From Laetmonice hystrix (taxonomy: Eukaryota), in assembly GCA_965235115.1 (NCBI GenBank), contig OZ249436.1:49726001-49790000 (forward strand): a DNA stretch of 64,000 bases, read 5' to 3'. Under the pieces are notes generated by a model. It worked only from the letters and a program-made list of their open reading frames with translations, was not told the DNA's origin and ran no database searches. The position numbers and the translations under genes are program-made. Shown piece after piece: positions 13,901-25,760 of this stretch. Every line of letters begins with the position of its first letter. Within the stretch, counting starts at the first letter, position 1.

Positions 13901-16900
13901 GTCCTGGTCAAACAGTCGCCAGAACACCCGCCCCGCACTGCTACCGTAGAGTGGATCTCAAGGGCCCTTCCAAACAGGTAAGAGTTCGGTTATTCGGTAA
14001 TCCATTATAATTGGTGCTCTGACTGCATGACGGACACATGTCAGGATCACATAAAAAAATTGTTGTTGTTTTGACAGACGCATGGAAAAAGCCATCTGTA
14101 ATGTAGCGCTGATGAAAGGTTCTAGTCTTGCCTACAGGATTGCACTTGGGAAATATCCTGAACCATTTGGTAAGTATAAAGTATAGAGGTTAGTGGAGGA
14201 CTCGATTGGCTGATTTCACTGATTGCCTCAGTTTGACATCTCCCACTGTTTAATTGGTGTCATTCCTACTTGACAGCGTACTGATGAGAGTATCAGTATG
14301 AGATAAAGAGACCGCATACATAGTGTATCCTCACAACCTGTTGTAGCCGATGGAGAAGTTGGTCAGATCAGCGAACTGGTCAATCGGTCATTGCCAAACC
14401 TGGCTGACCCGAACACGAGCCAGCAGCAGGCCCTCCAGCATGCTGTCCGTCACCCGTTCTCCCTGATCCAGGGTCCTCCAGGTACTGGGAAAACCGTCAC
14501 CGGTGTACGGCTGGCATACATCTTCGCTCAGCTCAACCGGCAAAATTACAAGGGGGACAAAAAATCTCCCCAGGTTCTCTACTGTGGGCCATCCAACAAG
14601 TCAGTCGATGTGGTCGCAGGTCAGTCACCTTGTCAAGTCTAGCCAGTGGAAGGAATATTGATACTTGTCTGAGCAAGATTGGGACTAGTAATCCCCAAGA
14701 TACTAATATAGTATTGTTTGAAAATGTGCATTTATTATTCTTATATATGGTACTACCAGTCGCTAAGTACAGGTGCTTTTAGTTTTGAGTGTGGTTTAGA
14801 ACTGTTTGATAGTAAACGGTAGAATTGTTGTCAACCTCAGGATACCTGAAGAAACTTGGGCCACAATGTCCCAAGTTGGTGCGAGTCTATGGTGAGAGAA
14901 TGGAGCACAAAGACTTTCCTCTGCCTCATGCCCCTGTCCCGCCAAAAATGAGGCCTTCCCCTAACGCTGCCTCAGAAACCACCCACAAAGACATCGCCCT
15001 GCACTACCTGATACGGGAACCAGGCAGGCTCTCTGCTGGCCTCATCTCCAGCCTGTACAACTCCTTCTGGGAAAAGCCAGACTTGGTGACTGTTAAGGGT
15101 ATAGAGGAATACCAGCGTATAGTCACTGCAGCCCAGGTCGACGAATTAAAGACAGCAGACATTGTCCTCTGTACGTGCTCTGCTAGCAGCTCACCAAAGA
15201 TGGGGTATGGTACAAACATCTGTCAGGTGAGAATCAGTGTGGTGGCATGTCGTTCTACTCATCCACCACCAGGGCAAAATATCAGAGAAAATTCTTATGG
15301 CATTGAACTGCAGAACTACTTCAGAGTGATTTGTCGGTTGGGGAAATACCACACTTACCTAATCCCTTTTGCATAGTTTACAGGGTGCCCAATGGTCCCA
15401 CATTTCCCAAATTTTGTCCACATATTAAAAATATTCCCACATTTCCCAAATGTTTGTACAAGGTAAAATTGGTCTAACCCACCCTGCTCATTTTGAGTAA
15501 GACCTTGATAGAGGAACTGTTGAATGTCATTTGCAGGATTTATGTATTAAAATTGTCTATTCTTTCTGCCCGTCAGGTGATTATTGATGAATGTGGGATG
15601 TGTACGGAGCCCGAGTCTCTCATGCCTATAGTTTCCAACAACGCCAGACAGGTGGTACTGATTGGTGACCACCAACAGTTGAGACCAATCGTATTGAACG
15701 ACACAGCTCGTTCACTTGGCCTGGAGACTTCACTCTTTGAACGCTACTCAGAACATGCCAAGATGTTGACTGTGCAGTACAGGATGGTAAGATTATGGAA
15801 TGCATTACGTCTGAGGTAGTAACTGTCATTTGGAAACCTGATGATGATGATTTTCACTCAAAAATTGGATGGGGGGTTTGATGCTGGAAGATATTGTAAC
15901 CAGAGAATGTTATTTTGATCTAAATTTCCTGGCATGAAAATATAGCAAGATAAACTTGACCATAACCTAAGATGTGTCAATGATCCAGCATTCAGCCATC
16001 GCTGCATTCCCATCTGCTGAGTTCTACGGTAGCCGTCTGCAATGCGGACTTGAGGACCAAAGTAAGCCGTCCAGGCTGCTCATGTGGCCTGGACCAGACA
16101 ACCAGCAGGTCAGTCGACAGAAACCTATTGCCTTTGTGCATGTGGTCGGTCCGGAGGACCATCTCACTGTGAGCACATCGGAGGGCAGTGAGCAGTCAAG
16201 GAGTAACCCCATAGAGGTTACTCAGGCGGTGAGTCTCTCATCAAGTATTGTGGCCTAATCTATCACTCTTTGGGTACACTCTTGTCTGTGTAGGTTATCA
16301 GGAATTATCGGGTGATGGTCGGATATGATGAGAGAAGAAATAGTTCCTAATAAATAACGTATTACGTATCCAGAGTTTGTAATTGCCCTTGGAGAGTTTG
16401 AGCTGAGATGTGTTTGTACGTATCCAGAGTTTGTAATTGCCCTTGGAGAGTTTGAGCTGAGATGTGTTTGTACGTATCCAGAGTTTGTAATTGCCCTTGG
16501 AGAGTTTGAGCTGGGATGTGTTTGTACGTATCCAGAGTTTGTAATTGCCCTTGGAGAGTTTGAGCTGAGATGTGTTTGTACGTATCCAGAGTTTGTAATT
16601 GCCCTTGGAGAGTTTGAGCAGGGATGTGTTTGTACGTATCCAGAGTTTGTAATTGCCCGTGGAGAGTTTGAGCTGGGATGTGTTTGTACGTATCCAGAGT
16701 TTGTAATTGCCCGTGGAGAGTTTGAGCTGAGATGTGTTTGATCTATAACCCAGGTGAGGACAGCCACCATGCTGACCCGGCGCTACCACGTCCGGAGTAG
16801 TGACATCGTCGTCATGTCTCAGTACCGAGCCCAGTGTAACGCCATCCGTCAGCAGCTCAATCAGAAAGGGCAGCCTGATACCAACGTGTGCACTGTGGTC

Positions 16901-17518
16901 GCCAGTCAAGGTTAGTCACTACTCTATCTGGTGTTTGAGGCCACAAAATTCTCATCAGAAATTCCGAGTCAACAAACATTCCAGTTAGAGTCATTTAGAA
17001 GCAGCTTAAGTTTTGACTTTACTATTAGATTTGAAAGTGTGAAGAGTATGAGAGAGTGTGATACATTTTGTAGGAAGCGAGTGGGACTATGTGATCCTGT
17101 CCACCGTGCGCTCGATGCCCAAGTCTCAGATTGAGAGGAAACCATCAGTTGGTTGGCTGCACCGAAACCTTGGTTTTATAACGGACCACCACCAGATCAA
17201 CGTGGCAATCACACGGGCTCGCAAGGGTCTCATCATCATCGGTTTGTTTACATAATAAAGTCAACATGTCACCACATCACTAAAAAAGTCTCTTATCAGT
17301 CTGAGCAAGATTCTTATCTTAATAGAAATTGGTGTAGATTCCTTTTAGGAGTTGGCTCGAGAATTAGAAATTTGATGGGATTCGGTCTCAATATCTTGTT
17401 GTTTGGTGTTTCAGGGAACCGCCACTTGTTGAAGGTCGACCCAATGTGGAAGAAGCTATTGGAGCACTATAAAACCCACCAGAAAATCACCACCGCTGCC
17501 CTGTTCATGTCAAAGTAA
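38..17518 (+). CDS. HELZ2: HELZ2-like zinc-finger / dual SF1 helicase / RNB 3'-5' exoribonuclease (27 exons in window, probably 5'-incomplete)
   Basis: Exons joined by GT-AG with consistent phase: 38-1933, 2228-2443, 2607-2943, 3392-3599, 3755-3862, 4002-4145, 5477-5634, 5750-5980, 6126-6398, 6554-6739, 7017-7208, 7436-7585, 7870-8515, 8786-8861, 8990-12113, 12376-12510, 12630-12867, 13089-13423, 13690-13977, 14078-14169, 14347-14619, 14841-15226, 15577-15786, 15989-16228, 16754-16910, 17074-17241, 17415-17518 (TAA). Total 10,571 nt. The frame is open upstream of ATG 106 back to a pyrimidine-rich acceptor at 36-37. The zinc finger + helicase + RNB + helicase order is the HELZ2 signature. Confidence 0.92.
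208..684 (+). repeat. Coding polyQ minisatellite, 33-36 bp unit encoding QHQQTWQQQQQT
   Basis: Ten Trp-containing units inside a CAA/CAG-rich tract, ending in (CAG)8 at 661-684. Confidence 0.95.
4277..5397. mobile_element. Non-autonomous DNA transposon in HELZ2 intron
   Basis: Left end CTATAGCTCTGCACCGTAAGTTGGGGACT; reverse complement of right end CTATAGTCCTGCACCGTAAGTTGGGAACT (29 bp, 3 mismatches). TA context at both ends. It accounts for most of the only HELZ2 intron longer than 1 kb. Confidence 0.8.
7017..8861 (+). CDS. HELZ2: HELZ2-like helicase domain 1 exons (UPF1-like SF1B)
   Basis: Walker A GPFGTGKT, CTHTN(S)AAD, Walker B FIDEAGQ, AGDHKQM, SLLERLF, NYRS, ITPYYDQ. Motif VI LNSALTRAQS lies at the start of the next exon. 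Confidence 0.92.
8990..12113 (+). CDS. HELZ2: HELZ2-like 3.1-kb exon: end of helicase 1, OB/cold-shock-like region and RNB (RNase II/R, DIS3-type) catalytic domain
   Basis: TFTIDPPDSADLDDALS (all four catalytic Asp present), VGVHIADVS, LVEELMIMTN, YTHFTSPIRRYMDLVVHR. Confidence 0.95.
13337..13366 (+). repeat. Coding (GAG)10 poly-Glu microsatellite
   Basis: Perfect GAG run inside exon 13089-13423. Confidence 0.9.
14347..17518 (+). CDS. HELZ2: HELZ2-like helicase domain 2 exons (UPF1-like SF1B)
   Basis: IQGPPGTGKT, CGPSNKSVD, IIDECGM, IGDHQQLRP, SLFER, QYRMH, SQYRAQ, SQGSEWDYVILSTVRS, INVAITRARKGL. Confidence 0.93.
16363..16740 (+). repeat. Intronic minisatellite, 54 bp x 7
   Basis: Unit TACGTATCCAGAGTTTGTAATTGCCCTTGGAGAGTTTGAGCTGAGATGTGTTTG, seven near-identical copies. 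Confidence 0.97.
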
Positions 17519-18684
17519 CTGTACTCGGTACTTGATGAACTTGTCCTTGACAGTCCAAACCATTGAGATGATGCTCGGTCTTTGTTCACATGGAGCAAAC
17601 CGTGTGTGCTGCTACCTCGAGAGTAGTGCCAGTAATTGGTTATTTCTGGTGAACATTAGAAGGGATTCACCTGCGTAGGACGTCAGTGAAAACTTGACAT
17701 GAGGAATGTATTCTGTAAGTATAACTTCAGATCCTAGTCATCGAGTGACTAGTCATCGTGGCAAAACTCCGCCACATAATAGACAGAAATGTCAATTTTG
17801 AAAGGTTCAGGTATTGTGATGTATGTCTTTACATGTATGTGTGGACATTTACAGAAGGACCTTGTAAAACTAGCAACGTTTATTGCTATGTACCACAGTG
17901 TGAACATCTTTTGACGTACGTGCTGTTATGAGTGAGACAGTATGAGAGATTTTATCAGAGAAGTGTAGTTTTAGAGGAAGAAGATATTTTTAGGTATTAA
18001 TGTATATATAGAGTAGTATGTGTGTGAAATGTTCGGATGCTAACTGATCATGGCTGGTTCCGATGTGGTACAGTATGTACCGGTATCTTCAGTGCCTTTA
18101 GCTCTGACGCTATAACAAGCCGCGAAGCGGTTCAGGAAAAGTCGCCCTAAAACGGCGGTTCTAGGGGTTTGGAACGGTAGTAGAAGGGATAGAACAGAGA
18201 AAATAAGAGGTTGGATTAGGAAAATGATAATCTTCCATTCATATGAAACCCAAGATACTATGTTAGACGTAACTAGGCAATTTACATTTTGTATATTGAG
18301 AGGTGCTTTTGGGGTCGTTTAGATAGCTTCTTTTAGATGATAACCTAGGACGGCTTGAGCAGGCAAGAGCCCCGAACGGCCAAGGTTCACTGACCCGGTG
18401 TATGGTGCTGGCAGCGAAAAGTGCCAACTTTATACCAATTTTGTTTATACTAGGTAAAGTAGTCGTCATTCGCGCAGCATGTGAATGGTAATCTGTATTG
18501 ACAATACGTTAATCGGAAAACCTGTCTAGCGTGAGGCTTTTCTTTCAGTCATATTATTGTTTCTCATAGAGTTTTATTTTTGATGCGGTTGAGCGGAGTC
18601 ACTGCTTTCAGACAAGATCACGCGTCGTTTTGCGCATGTACAAGGTCATGTACCTGTAGAGTTGAGTTAGAATTCATCCTGTTA

Positions 18685-18700
18685 CTACTAGGTGGCAGCA
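18685..18700 (+). promoter_or_regulatory. Candidate CTCF site
   Basis: CTACTAGGTGGCAGCA resembles the CTCF core CCAC/GYAGRKGGCRS. Confidence 0.45.
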
Positions 18701-19779
18701 CCCGACTGGACGCAGTGCATCTACTTTAAATATATACATGTATTCCCCAAATAAAATTTCCGAACTCGGCCGGCCAGAAGGCCCGATTCAGCATATCGTG
18801 ATATGACATTAAAGGCATTAAAAATTATTTCTAGAAAGAAAATACAATGTAGTAAACGTCTGGTGTTCTGATATTGATTACATGGGTGTCAAATGATGGC
18901 ATGTCAGTATAATCTTTATTTGTAACAATGTGAGTTACAATGTAGTGCTTAGAAAATTAACATTTAGTCAAGTGAATATGATATAATTAACCACGCCCTT
19001 CGTAGATATACAGGTAAATATGTTACGAATAGAGGACAATACTTGAAAGGTTGTTAATAGTTAGGAATACCTGGTCACCAACATTGCTGTGATAAAGCAT
19101 GCCTCCTCATGTTAAACGGTCACGGTACTTTGACCTTTTCCTTTTACTTGATCGTTCAGTCGTGAAAACTGGAACATAAAATGTTGCAGGTTTTGTCATC
19201 TATGCAATTTAGGTTTTACGTTCTAACACAAATATTTAAAACGGATCATGTTTTCCGACTATGGGGGAGGGGGGACACATTGGAGGGTGTTATATATATT
19301 TTTTAAATATTTTTTTGACTGATAATCGTCGTTTTGTGTATATTTAGATAGCAGTAGTAGAGTGGCTGTAAAACATACATGTAAACAACTTACGTTTTTG
19401 GAAATGTGCACATTTCATACAACCGAGATCTGGGATCCATCTGAAAATAAACATAAAGAGGACCTTGTGCGTGCCGTTTGTCTTTTTATTTTTATTATTA
19501 TTTTATTATTGAAACCCTCCCTTGCTCAGTAAAGTTCTCCATTATTCTCAGTTTTGGCAGGGATAAATGCATCCGGGTGACGTTTCAGTATTTATCCAGA
19601 ATGGAGATTTGTCCAAAATTTGTATCGCTTTTTGATTTAGGAAGTGTACCGTAATGGGTTATTGTATCTCGATGACCCGGGAGGGCTATAGTTTCGGACC
19701 TAATAGCGAGTATACCTTGGGAAGTGGTCTCATCTCTTCTGTTGGTGCTCGCAGTATGTTATTTACCACTGCAGGCAGA

Positions 19780-19794
19780 CAGCGCCACCTACTG
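19780..19794 (-). promoter_or_regulatory. Candidate CTCF site
   Basis: Minus strand reads CAGTAGGTGGCGCTG. Confidence 0.45.
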
Positions 19795-20132
19795 TTTCAG
19801 GAGCTCACTACGCGGGGACCAATGCCCGATACTTTCGCGCCAATATTCTTAAAGTTGACGACCAAAATTTAGTTGCTGTAAACAAGTAGTTAGCGATGAT
19901 ACATATCAAAATAATACGTTAGCATGGAGAGAGCATAGTTCCGAACCGGATTATGTAGGAAGTCTGACCACAGCACAGAATGAGAACATTTTCAGTTAAC
20001 GATTTCAAACCTACAATTGACAGTATTCATTTCGTTGTTGACGGTCGGACTTCCTACTTACCAGCCCATATCCTACGTAACAAACAACAATGACGTTGGG
20101 GTTTTTTTTTTACAAAATCATAACATTCATTG

Positions 20133-20138
20133 TTTAAT
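20133..20138 (-). terminator. Candidate H1 polyadenylation signal ATTAAA
   Basis: About 575 nt past the stop codon and about 21 nt before a genomic A10 run. No GGCYCTTTTCAGRGCC stem-loop was seen after the stop. Confidence 0.45.
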
Positions 20139-20711
20139 GAATGAAACAAAATTTCCATTGGCGACGATATTCACACACGAATGAGATGAAAGTCTACGCT
20201 GTACATTGAAAACTCCTAGACAATGTTCTTCATGAAATGATCAAATCCCATGCTTTGATGAATCGACGAAATATGAAACGTAGGCCTATATAACTGTCTT
20301 TTGTCTCGCGCGCGGCTTTCTGTAATGCACAGGTCCGTATAGGCCTAATAAATCGAAGTTTGGGTCTAAAAGACCAAGTCATGGGTGCACGCGACATTCG
20401 TACCAGCACTTTACATCGTATCTCCACAGGATGGCGACGACACACAATAAATACCTTCAGACTGCATGAAATACTAAGTACTGAATAATCCGTAGTTGTG
20501 ATCCATATAAAATGACGATAAATTATAACGCAACGTCGAGGGTGGAGCACGTATGAACACTAGTCTATTATAGTAGGCCTACGAATGTCGTTCCTACCGT
20601 CAGTAACGTACACATAGGAACCAGTCCTACATCAGTCTTGTTTCTTCCCCCATAATACATATCCACGGCACCAGTAATATTATAGGATAAAAGTTAGCAA
20701 TTCAGAACAGT

Positions 20712-21332
20712 TCACTTTTTCGTTGCCTTGGCTTTCTTGGGTTTTGCACTTGCAGTCTTAGGTTTCTTTGGACTCTTCGCTTTCTTTGGTTTGGCCACTT
20801 TAGTCTTCTTTGGAGTTTTCGTCTTCTTTGGACTTTTAGTTTTCTTTGTCTTCTTCTCTCCCTCCTTCTTGGGCTTCTTCGCCTTTTTCTTTTCCTTCTC
20901 AACCTTCTTTGGTTTCTTCACCTTTTTCACTTTCTTCGGTGTCACCTTGGGTTTCTTTGCTTTCTTCACCTTTTTCTCAGTTTTCTTCTCACCTAGTCTG
21001 AAGCTGCCGGAAGCCCCTGTTCCCTTGGATTGCTTCAAAGTGTTATTTTTCACACCTGCCCGCAGAGCCATCTTCAGGTGCTGGTTAACTGTCTTCTCGT
21101 CAGCTACCTTAAAGTTTTTCACGATATACTTCAGGATAGCTTGGCGCGATGAACCACCACGTTCCTTCAGGTTGGCGAGAGCTTGTTGGATCATCTCAGA
21201 GTACTTGGGATGTGCTGAAGGTGTCTTCGGCTTGGCCTTTGCCGGCTTCTTCTTCGGACTTTTGGCGGCGGCCGCCTGGGCTGGTGCCGGGGTGGAGGCG
21301 GCGGCAGCGCCGGTTGCTGTGTCGTCTGCCAT
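20712..21332 (-). CDS. H1-0: Linker histone H1, replication-independent H1.0/H5/H1-delta type, 206 aa
   Basis: Winged-helix globular domain HPKYSEMIQQAL..ERGGSSRQAILKYI..LKQSKGTGASGSFRL, Ala/Pro-rich N-tail, Lys-rich C-tail with (S/T)PKK motifs. Intronless, with no other histone genes nearby. Confidence 0.96.
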   Translation of the reverse strand: MADDTATGAAAASTPAPAQAAAAKSPKKKPAKAKPKTPSAHPKYSEMIQQALANLKERGGSSRQAILKYIVKNFKVADEKTVNQHLKMALRAGVKNNTLKQSKGTGASGSFRLGEKKTEKKVKKAKKPKVTPKKVKKVKKPKKVEKEKKKAKKPKKEGEKKTKKTKSPKKTKTPKKTKVAKPKKAKSPKKPKTASAKPKKAKATKK

Positions 21333-21427
21333 CGTAGTATAACGGGAGAAGTACCGACAGTGAACGCTAGAGTCCTCACTAGTATGGTGCGTGCAGACGG
21401 TCTGACCCGAGAGCCGCCTCTGCTGGA

Positions 21428-21520
21428 TATTTATAGCTAGAGCGCGGACGTGGGAGAAAACAGCCAGCTGGGCAGCGTTCGTCTGCCACTTTGGCCGCCT
21501 CTTGATTTCGAGTTGTGTTT
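21428..21520 (-). promoter_or_regulatory. H1 proximal promoter: TATA box, H4-site-II-like element, H1 (AC) box
   Basis: Sense strand has TATAAATA (21428-21435), CTCCCACGTCCGC just upstream (21444-21456) and AAACACA (21514-21520), the order known for H1.0-type promoters. Confidence 0.75.
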
Positions 21521-24305
21521 GTTGTGATGAAAACGGATGGCAATATCTCGCTTATTTCGGCATCAAAACTTATCGAATTTCTTTTGACAGTGAGATCAGA
21601 TATCCTGCTTTCCATCTTTTACGTTATTTTATCTTAGCGCCGCGTGTTAGATTGATAAACAGGAGAAATTAGAGAGCACACGTAGGCACTTACAACGAAA
21701 ATACATGCTTTGCCGTTTATTGTTCATAGAATAAAGGAACTATCAACTCGAATGTGGTTGAAATTAAAAGACCGATGTTTCATCTTGATGTTGATAACGT
21801 TTTTCCTTCATACAGAAAAAACTAGTAATATATATCAATGTTTTATTGAGGTACCAGAAGCACAAATCTACACCGTCCGCCATTTTCATACCCGATAGCT
21901 TCGTGGCTGTCAACATAGGCAAATGATCATAAAGGGTCGTGCTCATCAAATACGCGTTACTTGACCAAGAAAATGTACAGATTGGTCTATGGTATGTCGA
22001 ATAAATTATTTCCCTACTTGTTATGGCTTCACATACTTGCAGTTATTAGATCTCGAAATAAAATTCTCGACTAAAACAATTAGGTCAACCTGGCTTCCTC
22101 GTTCGGTCCTTCACAATGTTTCAACACAATGCGCGCCATAGGCCCGATATGAATTCAGTCTGATGTCTCGTTTAGTCGCCTTAAATCTACTTAGTTTGTA
22201 CACGAAATGGCCAGAGGTGCATGTATCTGGCCAGTAATCCAAAATTATACGCAGGTGTGGTATGGTTAATGAATTATTCCTTGCTAAAAAATGTAAACAA
22301 TGCGAGCGTTCCGAGCAGAGCGGAGTATGGCGTCGCCCGATATGGCGTCTCGACTCGCGTTGAGATACCAATTAATAATCCGATTTGCACGGACTCTTTT
22401 CACTTTTATCAGAAGTTATAGAGGGCATACGTTAGAAAATGCTCGTGTCTGTAGGTTTTTATATTATTTGTTTGTATTTATGTCATGGGGGATTTATACG
22501 GGCCAGAAGACCAGTATGCCTATGATGTGTTCGCTTATGATGGAACCGTCGCCATGTTGGTGATCCCGCCGTCCGTACTGTATACCTTATCGTGTACGCC
22601 AGTATGAGACACGTCCATATGTAACTTGTACATGGACCCGGGTAACTTGGAATATACTGTCATGTTATAGAAGCTAAATTAGAATCCCTTCCTTCGTCTT
22701 TCTAACACAATGTAAGGGTGTTATTGGCTGTTTACGAGTTCATGGATGTAGGAAATTTCCACTGCATAGCCTGGATGTTGGGCTGCCGCTGTCGGTGCTC
22801 GATGGGGCTGGAGCGGCGCGGGCAGCACGGAGGACGCCGGGTAGATCGGCCTGATCTCCGGGCGGGACTCGGTGCTCCGCCCGGCCCGGCGGCGGGAAAC
22901 TCCGCGGTCAGGGAGACGGCCTGTCAAACTGGCTCTGGTGGACAGGGTGATCAATGGCGAACGCAAGACTGAGGAAGACCTTCGTCGTGATTCATTGTAT
23001 GAACCATCATGAAGTGTAAACTATGCCTATGGCCTAATTAGCCTGTGTAGGCCTACACTCTATAATGACCTATGCATAGGCTTATATATTAATATTAAGC
23101 ATAATATGGCCTAATTTTGTTATTAGCATCACTCTCGGCTCCGAGGGGGGCCTCATGCATGCCCCGGCGGCCACCACCTAGGCCTAAACATTGTGAAGGC
23201 CGATAGGAGGCCCAGTAGGCCTATAGGCCTCAAAACTGCCAAGGCCTATAAACTCTATGCCTATAAATAGCCCTACGTTGGGCTTGTCGCGTAGGTCTAC
23301 ATGAGTCCTGTACCATGCATACATATAGGCCATGCAAATTTTGGACAAAATTGATTTCGTGTAGGGGCCTAATCATTTCAGTTAATTTGTTCTTTTCTTT
23401 AGGCCTAATTATTTTCAATTTATTTTGGTACTTCACAGGTCTCAGCTTTAGGGTAACCCCCCCCCCCCCCCCAAATGTCCTATAGGCCTACCCTATGTGC
23501 ATGCACATTCATGGCTTTGCCAAATATATTGGCCTATATCTATAGGCTAGATCTAGCCTAACCCCTTTTCGACTTCGTCCCGGTAGGGCCCCCCCCCCTA
23601 AGCGAAAATCATGGATCCGCCCCTGCTATATATAGGCCTATGCCTACTAATAGTATACATTAGAATCTAGGGCCTATTTATTTCGGGTAGGGGGCCCTAG
23701 ACTCTATGGCCAGGGAGAATTTATTTATTTCACCAATTTTCCACCCGAAATTATAGGGCCTATTTATTTTCAAAAACACGCAGCCCCCCTTAATGGGCGC
23801 CCCCTAACTATCCCGCAATCTAACGACATGCTGAGAAACGCACCCCAGCTGGGCCGTGCGCAGGGGCCTGAATGCCGTTTTTTTAAACCGCCACGGCCGA
23901 CTTTGTTTTCTGCACACATAAAAGTTTTCGTAAACCTTAAAGGAATCATGTCAACCTGGTTGAATGTTCCGGGAAGCCAGTTTGGCTTGGTTTCACGCTT
24001 ACCTTGTCAAAATCTTATATGCACCTTCTGTCACGAGGATATAATCATGACAGACACGTCCCAAAGTCAGTCAACACGTGATCAATCAAACTGACCATTT
24101 TAAGGGTTCAAATAACTCTTTTTCTACTCCTAAAGTGTAAAATACAGTAAACGCGTTGAAAGGGTTAAACACAACCGCTGATATTCTGTAAAGGTTTAAC
24201 CCACTGACCCTTGAAGAGTTGCATCAACTCTTTAGCAACTCCGCTTTAAGAGTTAAATGCGATTTACAACTCTTTAGTTTTTAGAGTGTACCTATATAGG
24301 CAGCC

Positions 24306-24873
24306 TAGGGCTGTCCAAAGTTGCGGCTGCTTGGTGCGCAGCACATCCAAATCTGCGCACCAGAACTAGGCCTATCAACCCCAGCAAAATAGAAGCCAGG
24401 CGTACGAGCCGGGAGGGGGCAGGGGGCACCCCCCCCCCCCTATTTAGGGAAATAAAAACAGTAGGGAAAATTCAGGCAAAGCAAACAGAAAAAAAAACGG
24501 ACAGAGAAATTTCGAGCAAACCAACCCCTATGCCCCCCTTAACCAAAGAGTCCCCATACCCGCATTTTAGCAGCTATTTTACAAGAAAGGGGATGAGAGT
24601 AGGCGGCAGAGGTGTTGGGAAACAGACGGCCAAGTCTTTTCAAATTAAGGTCAAATCTGCCAAGCTTTACCCCAAAAAGGTACTCTCTCCGTCACGATTA
24701 GTCGTGAGAGATTTATGACAGTGCTTTGACTTTCATGGGTCACTGGAGGATCACCAAATCAAATGCGTCACGGCCTGGTTCCCAAATCAATCTGTCCCTC
24801 AGATTTGTCCTTGTCGCATTTGCATTGTTGTTGTCGCTCCAATATGCGACATAGCGACAAATGGACAGCCCTG
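24306..24873. mobile_element. hAT-like non-autonomous element
   Basis: Ends TAGGGCTGTCCA / TGGACAGCCCTG (12-bp TIR). Subterminal GTCGC/GCGAC repeats. No clear TSD. Confidence 0.55.
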
Positions 24874-25760
24874 AAAAAAATTAGGCCCTATCTAGGCCTA
24901 TCATTGGCGGCACTTTTTCAGGTTTCTTTTTTAGGGGGGAGGGGGGCTTGCTAGTCAGATTCTTAGAGTCCGGGGCATGTTCGATCGCACGTCATATCTT
25001 TCCTCAGCACCAGAACATAGAATCGTTTGCTACGTCATGACGTCACACCATCAGCCTGGCATGCCATAAAAATATCCAGGTCGCCACGTTGAAGACAGAC
25101 TAACAGGACACAAGAACACGTTTTCTGCAGTGTTTAGTAACTTTTAACAAGTTTGGGTTTTGCGCTCAAAAAGCAGAGTTGAAATATTGATTGGGTTTCA
25201 ATACAATTCTATAGCCTATAGACTTGCCTAATTTGTGATATTGGCGCCCGATGCGATGTAGTCGTCCCATGGCCACCAAGTCAAACTCACCTCTGGGGCA
25301 AGTTCGCCCTTTTTTCTCGGGGCACGTTTGTCCAGGGGGCGACTGGAAGACGCCTTTAAGTGTTGAGAGAACCCTCAATGCGGACATGACATTAATAAAA
25401 GGTTATACCTATTATTGTTCTTTATAAACTTCGCAGTTTCAATTTTTATTTTCATGGTTCATGCATGGCCTATAGCAGGCCTCCACGTGTAGGCTAGCCT
25501 ATGTGATGATGATTGCCTCGGATTTCGCACGACGATCATTTCTGTACGATCATCGCCAATTGGGTATAGGGGGCCTACGTATAGCCTATTTTTGTGTAGC
25601 CTATTAGGCTACCCTGCTCCGTATAGTCATTAATTGCTCGGTGGTAGGATAATCGTGAGACTAGTCAGAGATCATCGCATAAGGTCGGTGGTTATAGGCC
25701 TATAGACTACGGTGATCATAGACAAGTCGGGATTAGTGGTAGATAGAATCTAGGCCTATA

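Noticed and set aside
15381..15486. CAGGGTG..CACCCTG mini hAT-like element in a HELZ2 intron
   Set aside because: Only a 7-bp inverted match and no TSD; too weak to call.
16255..16909. Minus-strand repeat ORFs of 171 and 203 aa
   Set aside because: They are translations of the 54-bp intronic minisatellite.
16925..16970. Hammerhead-like CTGATGAG on the minus strand
   Set aside because: The required GAAA core is missing (CTCAAAC) and stems I/III are not evident.
20728..21342. 204-aa Phe-rich membrane-like ORF on the plus strand
   Set aside because: Antisense shadow of the Lys-rich H1 codons.
24095..24290. EnSpm-like end TTTTTAGAGTGTA with AACTC/GAGTT repeats
   Set aside because: No matching left terminus was found, so it is not reported as a delimited element.
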